Shown piece after piece: positions 54,368 to 63,664 of a stretch of 64,000 bases of DNA. This stretch comes from a plasmid. Each line of letters opens with the position of its first letter. The stretch's first letter is position 1. The DNA is taken from the sequence record NZ_CP049261.1. One strand, 5' to 3'. The translations under genes were made by a program, and so were the position numbers. The notes under the pieces are model-generated. The model was given only the letters and a program-made list of their open reading frames with translations. It searched no databases and was not told the DNA's origin.

Positions 54368-55063
54368 ATGACCCGGACACAACGGCTTTTAGAACTGCTC
54401 CAGCTTTTGCGATCCTACCGTTACCCGGTGACGGCGATGACGCTCGCGGAACGGCTTGATGTCAGCGTGCGCAGTATTTATCGCGATATCGAGACGCTGA
54501 AAATGCAGGGTGTGGATATCGAAGGCAGCGCGGGGATTGGTTATGTCCTGCAATCCGATTACCACCTGCCGCCGCTGATGTTTGATGCGCATGAAGTTGA
54601 CGCGCTGATACTCGGCCTGCACTGGGTGATGCGCCATACCGACCCGCAACTGGAAGCCGCGGCCCGTAACGCGGTGGCGAAAATTCACGCCATTCTTCCG
54701 GAGAATCTCGCGCAGCAGATAAATTCCCCGTCGCTGATGGTGGCACCGACCGGCAATGAAGGTAGCCTTCGGTTTCTGACGGATATTCGCAGCGCAATCC
54801 ATCAGCGCAGAAAGCTTGAGCTGGTCTATACCGATAAAGACGGCACGGCGTCATCGCGTCTCGTGTGGCCGATTGCGCTGGGTTTTTTTGACGCGGTCAG
54901 GGTACTGGCGTGCTGGTGCGAGCTGCGCCAGGCGTTCCGCCATTTTCGTATCGACCGGATGCAACAGGTGGCCATTAGCGAGCAGTTGTGTCCGCAATCG
55001 CGCTATAAATTGCTGAAAGAGTGGAAGAGCGCGGAAGGGATTGCGCAGGCAAAAACCTACTGA
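54368..55063 (+). CDS. YafY-family transcriptional regulator (N-terminal HTH + WYL domain)
   Basis: HTH LAERLDVSVRSIYRDIETL. WYL-type segment LVWPIALGFFDAVRVLACWCELRQAFRHFRIDRM. Confidence 0.75.
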   Translation: MTRTQRLLELLQLLRSYRYPVTAMTLAERLDVSVRSIYRDIETLKMQGVDIEGSAGIGYVLQSDYHLPPLMFDAHEVDALILGLHWVMRHTDPQLEAAARNAVAKIHAILPENLAQQINSPSLMVAPTGNEGSLRFLTDIRSAIHQRRKLELVYTDKDGTASSRLVWPIALGFFDAVRVLACWCELRQAFRHFRIDRMQQVAISEQLCPQSRYKLLKEWKSAEGIAQAKTY

Positions 55064-55119
55064 CAAAAACTGTCACACCCCGCTGTTACTGTCATGGCTC
55101 ACTACACAAGGAGAGCCAA

Positions 55120-55503
55120 ATGATCACTGCCGATATGTCTATTCTCTATGTTGAGAACGTCCTTAAGAGCGCTGACTTTTATTCCACGCTGCTCGGCCGC
55201 GAGCCGGTTGAGAAACAACCTACGTTCGCGTTATTCGTGCTGGAGAACGGTTTTAAGCTGGGGCTGTGGTCATGCTATACGGTTGAGCCGGTCGTGAATC
55301 AGCGTGCGCCGGTGCCATCGGGTGAAATCGTCTTTAAGGTGCAGGCGCGGGACGAGGTCGAACATTTTTATACGCTGTGGTGCATGGAGCGTCACGCGAC
55401 GGTGATCCAGAGCCCGGTCGAGCTTGATTTCGGTTACACCTTCGCGGCGATGGACCCGGACGGCCACCGTTTGCGCGTCTGTTATCTCAATCCGGAAATG
55501 TGA
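55120..55503 (+). CDS. VOC (glyoxalase/bleomycin-resistance fold) family protein
   Basis: ATG with AAGGAGAG SD. 127 aa. Paired beta-alpha-beta-beta-beta modules (ILYVENVLKSADFYSTLLG). The 160 aa ORF from 55021 is an upstream extension. Confidence 0.7.
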   Translation: MITADMSILYVENVLKSADFYSTLLGREPVEKQPTFALFVLENGFKLGLWSCYTVEPVVNQRAPVPSGEIVFKVQARDEVEHFYTLWCMERHATVIQSPVELDFGYTFAAMDPDGHRLRVCYLNPEM

Positions 55504-55556
55504 CCAGCAGTGAGGAAAACTGGTCAGCGCCAGTTTTCCTGCATTCACGCCCCTAG

Positions 55557-56447
55557 TCAGAAAAAAGTTCTGCCGAGCGGGATAATATCGCACCACTGTT
55601 TTTTATAGCTCCAGAACGCTTTATAGATCCCGAGCGAAAAACGCATCGTCTTATTTTCTCTGGCGCATAGTGCACGGGCGTTGCTTGTATTCAGCCATAA
55701 CAAAATGCTGCCCAGATTGAGGGTGGTGTACTGCGGATCGTAGCCGCCATTGATATCATCGAAATAGATCCACTCAGGGTTGTTGCACATAAAAATAATA
55801 TCGAACGCGCAGGGCCTGTCATGCAGAAACAGTATGCTGCCAAAAATCAGGTGCCGCAGCGCATCAAAGGTGCGCACCAGATCTTCATATTTAAAGCAGT
55901 AAATTTTTCCCTGCCAGCGCAGGGTGAAAAGCTCGATATATATCGCGGCTAACTCTTCTGAGGAAAAATGGCTCGCGTCACGCACCACACCACCCATGGC
56001 GCAGAATTTCTCAAACTCCTTGCGGCGCTTTTTCTCCGACGTTTTCGAGATGCTCTCTTTGATATACGCAACCTTATGCTTAAGTCGCCCGGAGAAAAGC
56101 GCATTCACAAACGCGCCTTTATGGTGGGGTGAAAGGCGTTTATTGGTGACCGGCAGATAGCCGCGTTTATTGGCGCGCAGGGGGAATAACACATCATCAA
56201 AGACAACAGGATAATGCCGGTTCTGCAGGCTGCACTTTCCATTGACGGAAAAGCAGGCACCTGTATCTTCATTACCATCTCTGAGCGCGAAATAACGGAG
56301 CGTCAGATTTTGCTCACGACTTAAGAAATGCAGCACATCAGGATGACAGCAAATCGAACCGCCGAACTGATGGTATATCCGCGCGTAATGGGCCGCGTCA
56401 CAGGGTTGCCAGCCTGTCAGGTTTCCGATGACGTTTTTGAACTGCAT
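55557..56447 (-). CDS. Mig-14-like protein (antimicrobial-peptide resistance family), lower GC than its neighbours
   Basis: 296 aa, no signal peptide, AT-richer codon usage. Size and composition fit the Mig-14 family. The family assignment comes from memory, not a search. Confidence 0.45.
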   Translation of the reverse strand: MQFKNVIGNLTGWQPCDAAHYARIYHQFGGSICCHPDVLHFLSREQNLTLRYFALRDGNEDTGACFSVNGKCSLQNRHYPVVFDDVLFPLRANKRGYLPVTNKRLSPHHKGAFVNALFSGRLKHKVAYIKESISKTSEKKRRKEFEKFCAMGGVVRDASHFSSEELAAIYIELFTLRWQGKIYCFKYEDLVRTFDALRHLIFGSILFLHDRPCAFDIIFMCNNPEWIYFDDINGGYDPQYTTLNLGSILLWLNTSNARALCARENKTMRFSLGIYKAFWSYKKQWCDIIPLGRTFF

Positions 56448-56608
56448 AGTGCTGCACCTGTATAAAATTGCTGTGAAAATGCGTTAAACGTGACTTTAAA
56501 TAGACAGTCAGGCAGAAAATATCCGCCATTGTCCTCTCGCCAGGTTAAGAGAACATTAAGCACACGCGCAGCGTCACCTTTGTCTGGTGTGTGGTTGTGC
56601 ACGCGCCC

Positions 56609-57379
56609 TCAGAAGGTGTATGTCACTGCCAGCGCGGTGGTCGTCTGGTTACGTGTATGCACAATCGGGCTGTTGTCGGCTTTATCAGCAAGCCATGTGT
56701 AACCGGCGCTGAGGGTCGCGCCCCAGTGCGCATCAAACTGGTGGCTCCAGCTCAGGTTATTGCTGACGCCATAAAACCCGCCGCTGGTGCGGTAAGGCGT
56801 ATAACCAGAGCGTGCGCTTTGCTGCGCATCGACCCCGTAAAAAGTATTGAGGTAGCGGCTGTCGCCGAAGAGGGCTGCCGACTCCAGTGCCAGCGTGTCA
56901 GCCTTGCTCTGGAAGGGCACCAGTGTGAACGATGTCTGATACTGCATGCCCTGGCTGTCGGTGAGCGGCAGTGTTGCCTGGCCTTCCAGCGTCAGCCACG
57001 GCGTGACCGACCAGCCGAGCGCGAGGCGGGTATTCAGCGCGGTTTTGATGTTGCCCATGCCTTTAAGCGAATCCGCTCCCTCGCGCCAGGCGCTGTTTTT
57101 CTCCCCGCGCCCCAGGCTCACGCCCAGTGAATGTTCAAACCACAGCCCGTTGTCGGTTTGCAGATCGTATCCGAGCCCCTTTTCCGTATCGAAAAAGAAC
57201 GCGCCGTGCCTCGCCTGCACGACGGGAACTCCAGACCACGTATTATGATTGTCACCGCTGTAGCGGGGCGCATACTCCGCGGCTGCGCCCACCGTCAGGC
57301 TGTCCGGCGGAGGCTCCTGTGCGATGGCAATACCTGGCAACAGGATGAGCATGGACAGCGCCCGGTTTCGTATTATCAT
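56609..57379 (-). CDS. MipA/OmpV family outer-membrane protein
   Basis: In-frame Met with signal peptide MIIRNRALSMLILLPGIAIA. Beta-barrel with C-terminal aromatic (TYTF). MipA-like YAPRYSGD motif near the N-terminus. Confidence 0.7.
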   Translation of the reverse strand: MIIRNRALSMLILLPGIAIAQEPPPDSLTVGAAAEYAPRYSGDNHNTWSGVPVVQARHGAFFFDTEKGLGYDLQTDNGLWFEHSLGVSLGRGEKNSAWREGADSLKGMGNIKTALNTRLALGWSVTPWLTLEGQATLPLTDSQGMQYQTSFTLVPFQSKADTLALESAALFGDSRYLNTFYGVDAQQSARSGYTPYRTSGGFYGVSNNLSWSHQFDAHWGATLSAGYTWLADKADNSPIVHTRNQTTTALAVTYTF

Positions 57380-57503
57380 CGTGTCTCCTTTTGGACGAGA
57401 GAATGTATGGCTGAACGGCTGGCTACCGTGTTCGACGCGCATTCTGGGCCACTCATATCAATGAACGGTCAGGAAACTGTTAAGAAACTGTCAAGGTGAA
57501 CAG

Positions 57504-58196
57504 ATGACAACCAAAAGGGTACTTGTGATTGAGGATGACGCCGATGCCGCCAGCGTACTGGAGGCCTATCTGCGGCGTGAAAATTACGACGTGGCGATCG
57601 CGGGAGATGGTCGCAGCGGGCTTGAAAAAGCGCAACGCTGGAAACCGGATCTGGTGCTGCTGGATGTGATGCTGCCTGTCATGAACGGCACCGAAGTGCT
57701 GGCGACCCTGCGGCGCAGCAGCGATGTTCCGGTGATCATGGTGACGGCCATGGGCGATACGCCCGATCGCATCGGCGCGCTGCGCTACGGGGCCGATGAT
57801 TATGTGGTGAAGCCTTATCATCCTGGCGAAGTGGTCGCGCGCGTGCAGGCGGTGCTGCGTCGGAGTTGCAAAGCACCGGTGCAGGACGAAATACTGCGCT
57901 GGGAAACGCTCACCGTGGATACGGTCGCTATCACCGCGACGACAGACCGGGACGGCGTAACCACATACCTTGAGCTCACTCCCACTGAATTTTCTTTGCT
58001 TACCGAGCTGATGCGCCATCCCACGCGTCCTTTTTCCCGTCAGTACCTGCTTGAGCGCTGCCTGCCGGAGAGCGAGGCGCTGGAACGCGTTGTCGACACG
58101 CACATCTATAACCTGCGCAGAAAGCTTGAGAATAGCGGCCTGCGCGGGGTGCTGGTCAATGTGCGCGGCATCGGTTACCGGTTTCGCCAGCCATGA
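57504..58196 (+). CDS. OmpR/PhoB-family response regulator
   Basis: Receiver with phospho-acceptor (DLVLLDVMLP). Winged-helix C-terminus (GIGYRFRQP). Confidence 0.9.
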   Translation: MTTKRVLVIEDDADAASVLEAYLRRENYDVAIAGDGRSGLEKAQRWKPDLVLLDVMLPVMNGTEVLATLRRSSDVPVIMVTAMGDTPDRIGALRYGADDYVVKPYHPGEVVARVQAVLRRSCKAPVQDEILRWETLTVDTVAITATTDRDGVTTYLELTPTEFSLLTELMRHPTRPFSRQYLLERCLPESEALERVVDTHIYNLRRKLENSGLRGVLVNVRGIGYRFRQP

Positions 58197-59371
58197 ATAA
58201 CCATCATCAGTCTCTCTGGCGCTGGATCTGCGGGCGCATAATTTCGCTCGCCGTCGGGACAGTTATCGTTATCGCCGTCTGCATGTGGCTGCGCTTCGCG
58301 GTGCAGAATTACTGGAATCTGCACAGGATGCCGCCCGCGCTGCGTGACGAATTTCTCCGGCTGGTGGATAACCCGCAGGCCGATCCGGCGCGTTTTCATT
58401 ACATCGTGGATACCTGGTGGGGGCTGAATTACTCCACGCCCTCCATTGCTTCCGGCGACTGGCTCCTGCTTAGCGTGCTGGTGCTGGTCATGATCCCATT
58501 TATCGTTTTTATGGGTCTGAAATATGCCCGCCCGCTGTCGGCTCAGTTCAGTCAGTTGCGGGAGGCGGCAGAAGAGGTGACGCAGGGCGAATTCGGTCGT
58601 CAGGCGGAGCTGGTCAGGGAAGCGCCTGCGGAAATGGTGCGTTTTGCGAGTGATTTCAATGCCATGACCCGCCAGCTCGCGCGGTATGAAAAAGAGCTGC
58701 GCGCCTCCCACGTGGCGATGGCCCATGAGTTGCGCTCGCCGCTTACCGCCGCGATGGGCCGCCTGCAGGGGATGCTGGACGGCGTTTTTCCGTCCGATCC
58801 GCAGCAGCTGGCGATGGTGATGAAGCAGCTTCAGTTGCTGAACCGTCTGACGGATGAGCTGCATCTCTTGTCGCTCGCCGACGCAGGGCAGTTGATCCTC
58901 GATCGTGAAGCGATAAGCCTTGATGAACTGTTGCGCGAGCGCGCCGCCTGGCTGAAGCCGCAGGCTGACGCGGCAGGCATCAGCGTGATTATCCATGCCG
59001 CACCGGCGTCGCCGCTGTACGCCGATCCTCTGCGTCTCGGGCAGGTCTTTACGGTATTGATGGAAAACACGCTGCGCTATGGCAAACCTGGCGGGCGGCT
59101 CGATATTCGGCTGCACGCTACGGCAGAAGGCTACCGGATCGATTTTCAGGATGACGGGCCCGGCGTTGCGGAAAGTTTTCTGCCGGTAATGTTTGAGCGT
59201 TTTACCCGCGCGGAGACCTCTCGCGCCCGCCATTCTGGCGGCAGCGGGCTGGGGCTTTCTATCGCACGTGCAATCTGCCAGGCCCACGGCGGCGATATCC
59301 AGGCGGCACTGCCGGAAGGGGGCGGCTTATGGATCGGCGTGACGCTGCCCACTGTCGATGCCAGCCAATAA
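58193..59371 (+). CDS. sensor histidine kinase (2 TM, HAMP, HisKA, HATPase_c)
   Basis: H-box MAHELRSPL. G-boxes DDGPGV / GGSGLGLSI. Overlaps the RR stop by 4 nt. Confidence 0.85.
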   Translation: MNNHHQSLWRWICGRIISLAVGTVIVIAVCMWLRFAVQNYWNLHRMPPALRDEFLRLVDNPQADPARFHYIVDTWWGLNYSTPSIASGDWLLLSVLVLVMIPFIVFMGLKYARPLSAQFSQLREAAEEVTQGEFGRQAELVREAPAEMVRFASDFNAMTRQLARYEKELRASHVAMAHELRSPLTAAMGRLQGMLDGVFPSDPQQLAMVMKQLQLLNRLTDELHLLSLADAGQLILDREAISLDELLRERAAWLKPQADAAGISVIIHAAPASPLYADPLRLGQVFTVLMENTLRYGKPGGRLDIRLHATAEGYRIDFQDDGPGVAESFLPVMFERFTRAETSRARHSGGSGLGLSIARAICQAHGGDIQAALPEGGGLWIGVTLPTVDASQ

Positions 59372-59464
59372 AAATTGCTGGCTTGATGGTTTCTTGACGC
59401 AAAAACGAACGAATCTCGACGCAACCACGCTGAAATGACGCTGATTTCCTGAAGGAGCGGCGTC

Positions 59465-60613
59465 ATGTCCGAAGCATTCACCGATTATTTTCGTCATTGC
59501 GTGCAGCATCTTTTCCATGCGGCGCGTGCTTTTTCTTTCTTTGCCCTGCTACCCATTGTGGTACTGGCTGCGATCCTGCCACTCTTAACAGGCTGTGGCG
59601 ACAATCATCAGACCGACCGGCCCGCGCCGCCACGTCCGGTGCGGTATCTGGTTATCACAGCTTCCTCGCCTGCGCACGCTGACCTGCGCACAGGCGAGAT
59701 CCGCGCCCATGACGAAACCACCCTGAGCTTTCGTACCGATGGCAGACTCGCCAGCCGTGAAGTGGACATGGGTGCCACGGTTCACGCGGGGCAGTTGCTT
59801 GCCACGCTTGAGCGCGCCACCGGCGAAAACCAGCAGGCCAGCGCTGAGGCGGAGCGCCAGGGCGCGCAGGCGGCGGAGCGGGTGGCAGCGCTGAATCTTA
59901 AGCGTATGCAGAAGCTAATGCCGTCCGGCGCTATCGCCCAAAGCCAGCTCGACAGCGCGCGGGCGGACTGGCAGAGCGCCGTTGCGCGGCTGAAAAGCAG
60001 CGAGGCCGCGTTGCGTAACGCGCGTGAGAGCCTTGACTGGACGCAACTGGCGGCGCCTGCCGACGGCGTGATTACCAGCGTCAGCGCGTCGGCAGGGCAG
60101 GTGGTAAGCGCCGGGCAGAGCATCTTCACACTCGCTACCAGCCATGCGCGTGACGTCGTGCTGGATGTCAGCGATCCGCAGCGGTTTTCGCGCGCGATGC
60201 AGGCCCGGTGGCAAGTCGCCTCACTCACGGAGCCCGCCATCACCGCGACCGCCGTGCTGCGGGACATCAGTCCGCAGGCCGACCCGCAGACGCGCACCTG
60301 GCGAGTGCGGCTGATTTTAACGGATCCCCCTGACGCCATGGCGCTCGGCGCGAGCGTCACGGTAGCGCTCCCGCAAACGCAGACGCCGGGTTTTACCGTG
60401 CCCGCTTGCGCGCTCACCCGCCTGAATGGTCATCCGACGCTCTTTATCATCGATGCGCAACAGCGGGCGCAGCCGCGGCCAGTGACTATCGCGCAGTACA
60501 CCTCAGACAGCGTCATCATCGCAGGCGGCGTGCGTCCTGGCGATAAAGTGATTGTGGCGGGCGTCAGTAAATTGCGCGCCGGTGAAAAGGTCATCCCTGG
60601 CGAGGCGATGTAA
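59465..60613 (+). CDS. RND efflux periplasmic adaptor (HlyD/MFP family, lipoprotein)
   Basis: Lipobox LLTGC. Coiled-coil hairpin plus beta-barrel domains. Stop overlaps the RND start (ATGTAAATG). Confidence 0.8.
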   Translation: MSEAFTDYFRHCVQHLFHAARAFSFFALLPIVVLAAILPLLTGCGDNHQTDRPAPPRPVRYLVITASSPAHADLRTGEIRAHDETTLSFRTDGRLASREVDMGATVHAGQLLATLERATGENQQASAEAERQGAQAAERVAALNLKRMQKLMPSGAIAQSQLDSARADWQSAVARLKSSEAALRNARESLDWTQLAAPADGVITSVSASAGQVVSAGQSIFTLATSHARDVVLDVSDPQRFSRAMQARWQVASLTEPAITATAVLRDISPQADPQTRTWRVRLILTDPPDAMALGASVTVALPQTQTPGFTVPACALTRLNGHPTLFIIDAQQRAQPRPVTIAQYTSDSVIIAGGVRPGDKVIVAGVSKLRAGEKVIPGEAM

Positions 60614-63600
60614 ATGAAACCGACCTTTAATCTCTCGGCGTGGGCGCTGGCGCACCAGCAACTGGTGAGTTTTTTTATGCTGCTGATTATCGCGACAGGC
60701 GTGCTCTGTTACGAACAACTGCCGCGTAATGAAGATCCGGCTTTTACCATTAAAACCGCGGTTGTCTCGGCACGCTGGCCTGGCGCGTCGGTGACTGACA
60801 CGACAAATCTGGTCACGGATGTGCTGGAGAAAAAGCTTCAGGAGATCCCCTGGCTTGATAACCTCGAAAGTGAAACCCGCGCCGGTACCGCTGTTATCAA
60901 CGTCAACCTGCGCGACGACACGCCGCCGCAGGCAGTGCCGGGCATATGGAACACGCTTCGCAACCGCATGCAGGATATCGCTTCGTCGCTGCCGCAAGGC
61001 GTGCAGGGGCCCGTGGTGAATGATGAGTTTGACGACACCTTCGGCACGATTTATGGCTTTACCGCCGAAGGCTATTCCATGCAGGCGTTGCGCGAGCGGG
61101 TGGAGGCTATCCGGCGTGGGCTGATGTTGTTAAATGACGTGGGCAAAATTACGCTGCTCGGCGAGCCGCAGGAGCAGATAGTTATCGCCTTTTCTCCCCG
61201 CAAGCTCGCCGGGATGGGGCTTGATATAACAGAGGTGAGTGACGCCCTGAAGGCGCAGAATGCCGTCGAGCCCGCCGGAACGCTGCGCGCCGCAGGAGAT
61301 AACATCGCGATCCGCGTCAGCGGCGCGCTCACCTCGGAGGAGAGCCTGCGCGCCGTGACGCTGCATATCAGTGGCCGCTACATTCCGCTGACCGATATCG
61401 CCACCGTGAGCCGCCAGCCTGCCGAGCCGCCTGTGCCGCAGTTTCGCGTGAACGGACAGCCTGCCATCGGGCTTGCGATTTCGATGGCACCCACTGGCAA
61501 TATGCTGGATTTTGGCCAGGCGCTGAACGCGCGCATGGCGCAGAGCGCGGCGCAATTGCCGCACGGCATCGAGATGGTGAAAGTGGCCGATCAGTCCACT
61601 GTCGTGAGCGAGGCGGTAAGCGGCTTTGTCCATGTGCTGGTGGAGGCAGTGCTGATTGTTCTCGCGGTGTCATTTGTGTCGCTCGGCATGCGCGCCGGTC
61701 TGGTGGTGGCCGCCGCCATTCCGCTGGTGCTGGCGATGACGTTCGCAGGCATGATGCTGGCGGGCATCGGGCTACAGCGCATTTCACTCGGCGCGCTGAT
61801 TATCGCCCTTGGTCTGCTGGTGGACGACGCCATGATCGCTGTCGAAACCATGGTGGCGCGACTGGAGGCGGGCGATTCTCGTCAACGCGCGGCGACCTGG
61901 GCTTTCAAAACCACGGCGTTTCCGATGCTCACCGGCACGCTGGTGATGATTGCCGGATTTATTCCGGTTGGCTTTGCCGCCTCCAGCGCCGGGGAATATT
62001 GTTACTCGCTGTTCGTCGTGGTGGCAATCTCGCTGCTCTGTTCATGGGTGGTGGCGATCCTGTTTTCGCCACTGACCGGCACCTGGCTGCTGCCCGCACA
62101 GATCAAACGTCATCACAACGAACCGGGCTGGCTGGCGCGCGGTTATCACAGAATTCTGCAACAGGCGTTGCGCCACCGGCTTGTGACGATAGGCGGCGCG
62201 CTGTTCGCGCTGGGGGTGTCGGTCTGGGGCACCACATTTATGCAGGGGGAGTTTTTCCCGGCCTCCGATCGCCCGGAACTCCTGGTGACCCTTTCGCTGC
62301 CCGCCAGCGCGTCACAGACGCAGACGCAAAACCAGGTGGAACGCCTGGAGCGTGCGCTACGCGGCAACACGAATATCGATCGCTATTCGGCGTATGTGGG
62401 CACCGGCGCGGTGCGCTTTTATCTGCCGATGGAGATCCTTCAGGACAATGAAAACACGGCGCAGCTGGTCGTTGTGGCAAAAGATCTTCAGGCGCGCGAT
62501 CGCCTGCGTCGCCAGCTCGACACCCTGATGGCGACGCAGTTCAGCGATATCACCACCCGCGTATCGCCGCTGGAGCTAGGGCCACCGGTCGGCTGGCCGC
62601 TGAAATATCGCGTCAGTGGGCCGGACTATGCGCAGGTACAACGCCTCGCGCGGGCGCTTGCCGGTACGCTTGGCACATCGCCGCTGACGCGTGACGTGAA
62701 CCTGACGGCGGGCGAGCCGGAGAGGGTCATTACGCTTGAGGTCAACCAGACGGCGGCGCGCGCCGTGGGCGTCTCCTCGCAGAGCCTGGCACAGTTACTG
62801 AACACGGTCTGGTCCGGCGCGACGGTCACCACAGTGCGCGATAACGACCGGCTGGTGGATGTTGTGCTGCGCGGCAACAATGCGGAACGGCGCGACATTG
62901 CCACGCTTTCTGCGCTGAGGGTGCCGACCGCGAGCGGCAGTAAAGTGCCGCTCAGCGAGGTGGCAACCCCCGTGTGGGGGCTGGACGATCCGGTTATCTG
63001 GCGTCATCAGCGGCTGCCGTTTATCACCGTGCAGACCGATCTCGCACCGGGGCTTCGCGCTGAAGCTACGGCTTTGGGACTGCGGCCTGCCATTGACGCA
63101 TTCCGCGCGCGGGTGCCTGCGGGTTATCGCATCGAAGAGGCGGGCGCGGTGGCGGAATCAGATAAGGGCAACCGCTCGGTGTATCGCATGTTGCCGGTAA
63201 CGCTCATCGTCATGCTGGTGCTACTGATGATTCAGCTACGCCGCTTTTCACGCATGTTGCTGGCGCTGCTGATGGCTCCGTTCGGGCTACCGGGCGTGGT
63301 ACTGGCGATGCTGCCCACCGGCACGCCGCTGGGGTTTGTCGCGCTGCTTGGGATTATCGCGCTGGCCGGAATGATCATCCGCAATGCGGTTATTCTGATA
63401 ACGGAGGTCGACGGCAATCTGCAACAGGGTATGGACGTCAACGCGGCGATTACCACCGCCGCACAGCACCGCGCCCGGCCCATTATGCTGACGGCCTGTG
63501 CGGCGATCCTCGGCATGATCCCGATTTCGCATCAGGTATTCTGGGGGCCGATGGCATTCGCCATTATCGGCGGGCTTATCGTCGCGACGGTGGTGACGCT

Positions 63601-63664
63601 GACCGTCCTGCCTGCGGCGTTCAGCCTGCTGCTTCAGCCGCGCCGGGGGCGCGCGTCAGAGTAG
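60614..63664 (+). CDS. RND multidrug efflux permease (AcrB/AcrD/KexD-like)
   Basis: 1016 aa, 12 TM with two large periplasmic loops. Intact. Confidence 0.9.
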   Translation: MKPTFNLSAWALAHQQLVSFFMLLIIATGVLCYEQLPRNEDPAFTIKTAVVSARWPGASVTDTTNLVTDVLEKKLQEIPWLDNLESETRAGTAVINVNLRDDTPPQAVPGIWNTLRNRMQDIASSLPQGVQGPVVNDEFDDTFGTIYGFTAEGYSMQALRERVEAIRRGLMLLNDVGKITLLGEPQEQIVIAFSPRKLAGMGLDITEVSDALKAQNAVEPAGTLRAAGDNIAIRVSGALTSEESLRAVTLHISGRYIPLTDIATVSRQPAEPPVPQFRVNGQPAIGLAISMAPTGNMLDFGQALNARMAQSAAQLPHGIEMVKVADQSTVVSEAVSGFVHVLVEAVLIVLAVSFVSLGMRAGLVVAAAIPLVLAMTFAGMMLAGIGLQRISLGALIIALGLLVDDAMIAVETMVARLEAGDSRQRAATWAFKTTAFPMLTGTLVMIAGFIPVGFAASSAGEYCYSLFVVVAISLLCSWVVAILFSPLTGTWLLPAQIKRHHNEPGWLARGYHRILQQALRHRLVTIGGALFALGVSVWGTTFMQGEFFPASDRPELLVTLSLPASASQTQTQNQVERLERALRGNTNIDRYSAYVGTGAVRFYLPMEILQDNENTAQLVVVAKDLQARDRLRRQLDTLMATQFSDITTRVSPLELGPPVGWPLKYRVSGPDYAQVQRLARALAGTLGTSPLTRDVNLTAGEPERVITLEVNQTAARAVGVSSQSLAQLLNTVWSGATVTTVRDNDRLVDVVLRGNNAERRDIATLSALRVPTASGSKVPLSEVATPVWGLDDPVIWRHQRLPFITVQTDLAPGLRAEATALGLRPAIDAFRARVPAGYRIEEAGAVAESDKGNRSVYRMLPVTLIVMLVLLMIQLRRFSRMLLALLMAPFGLPGVVLAMLPTGTPLGFVALLGIIALAGMIIRNAVILITEVDGNLQQGMDVNAAITTAAQHRARPIMLTACAAILGMIPISHQVFWGPMAFAIIGGLIVATVVTLTVLPAAFSLLLQPRRGRASE

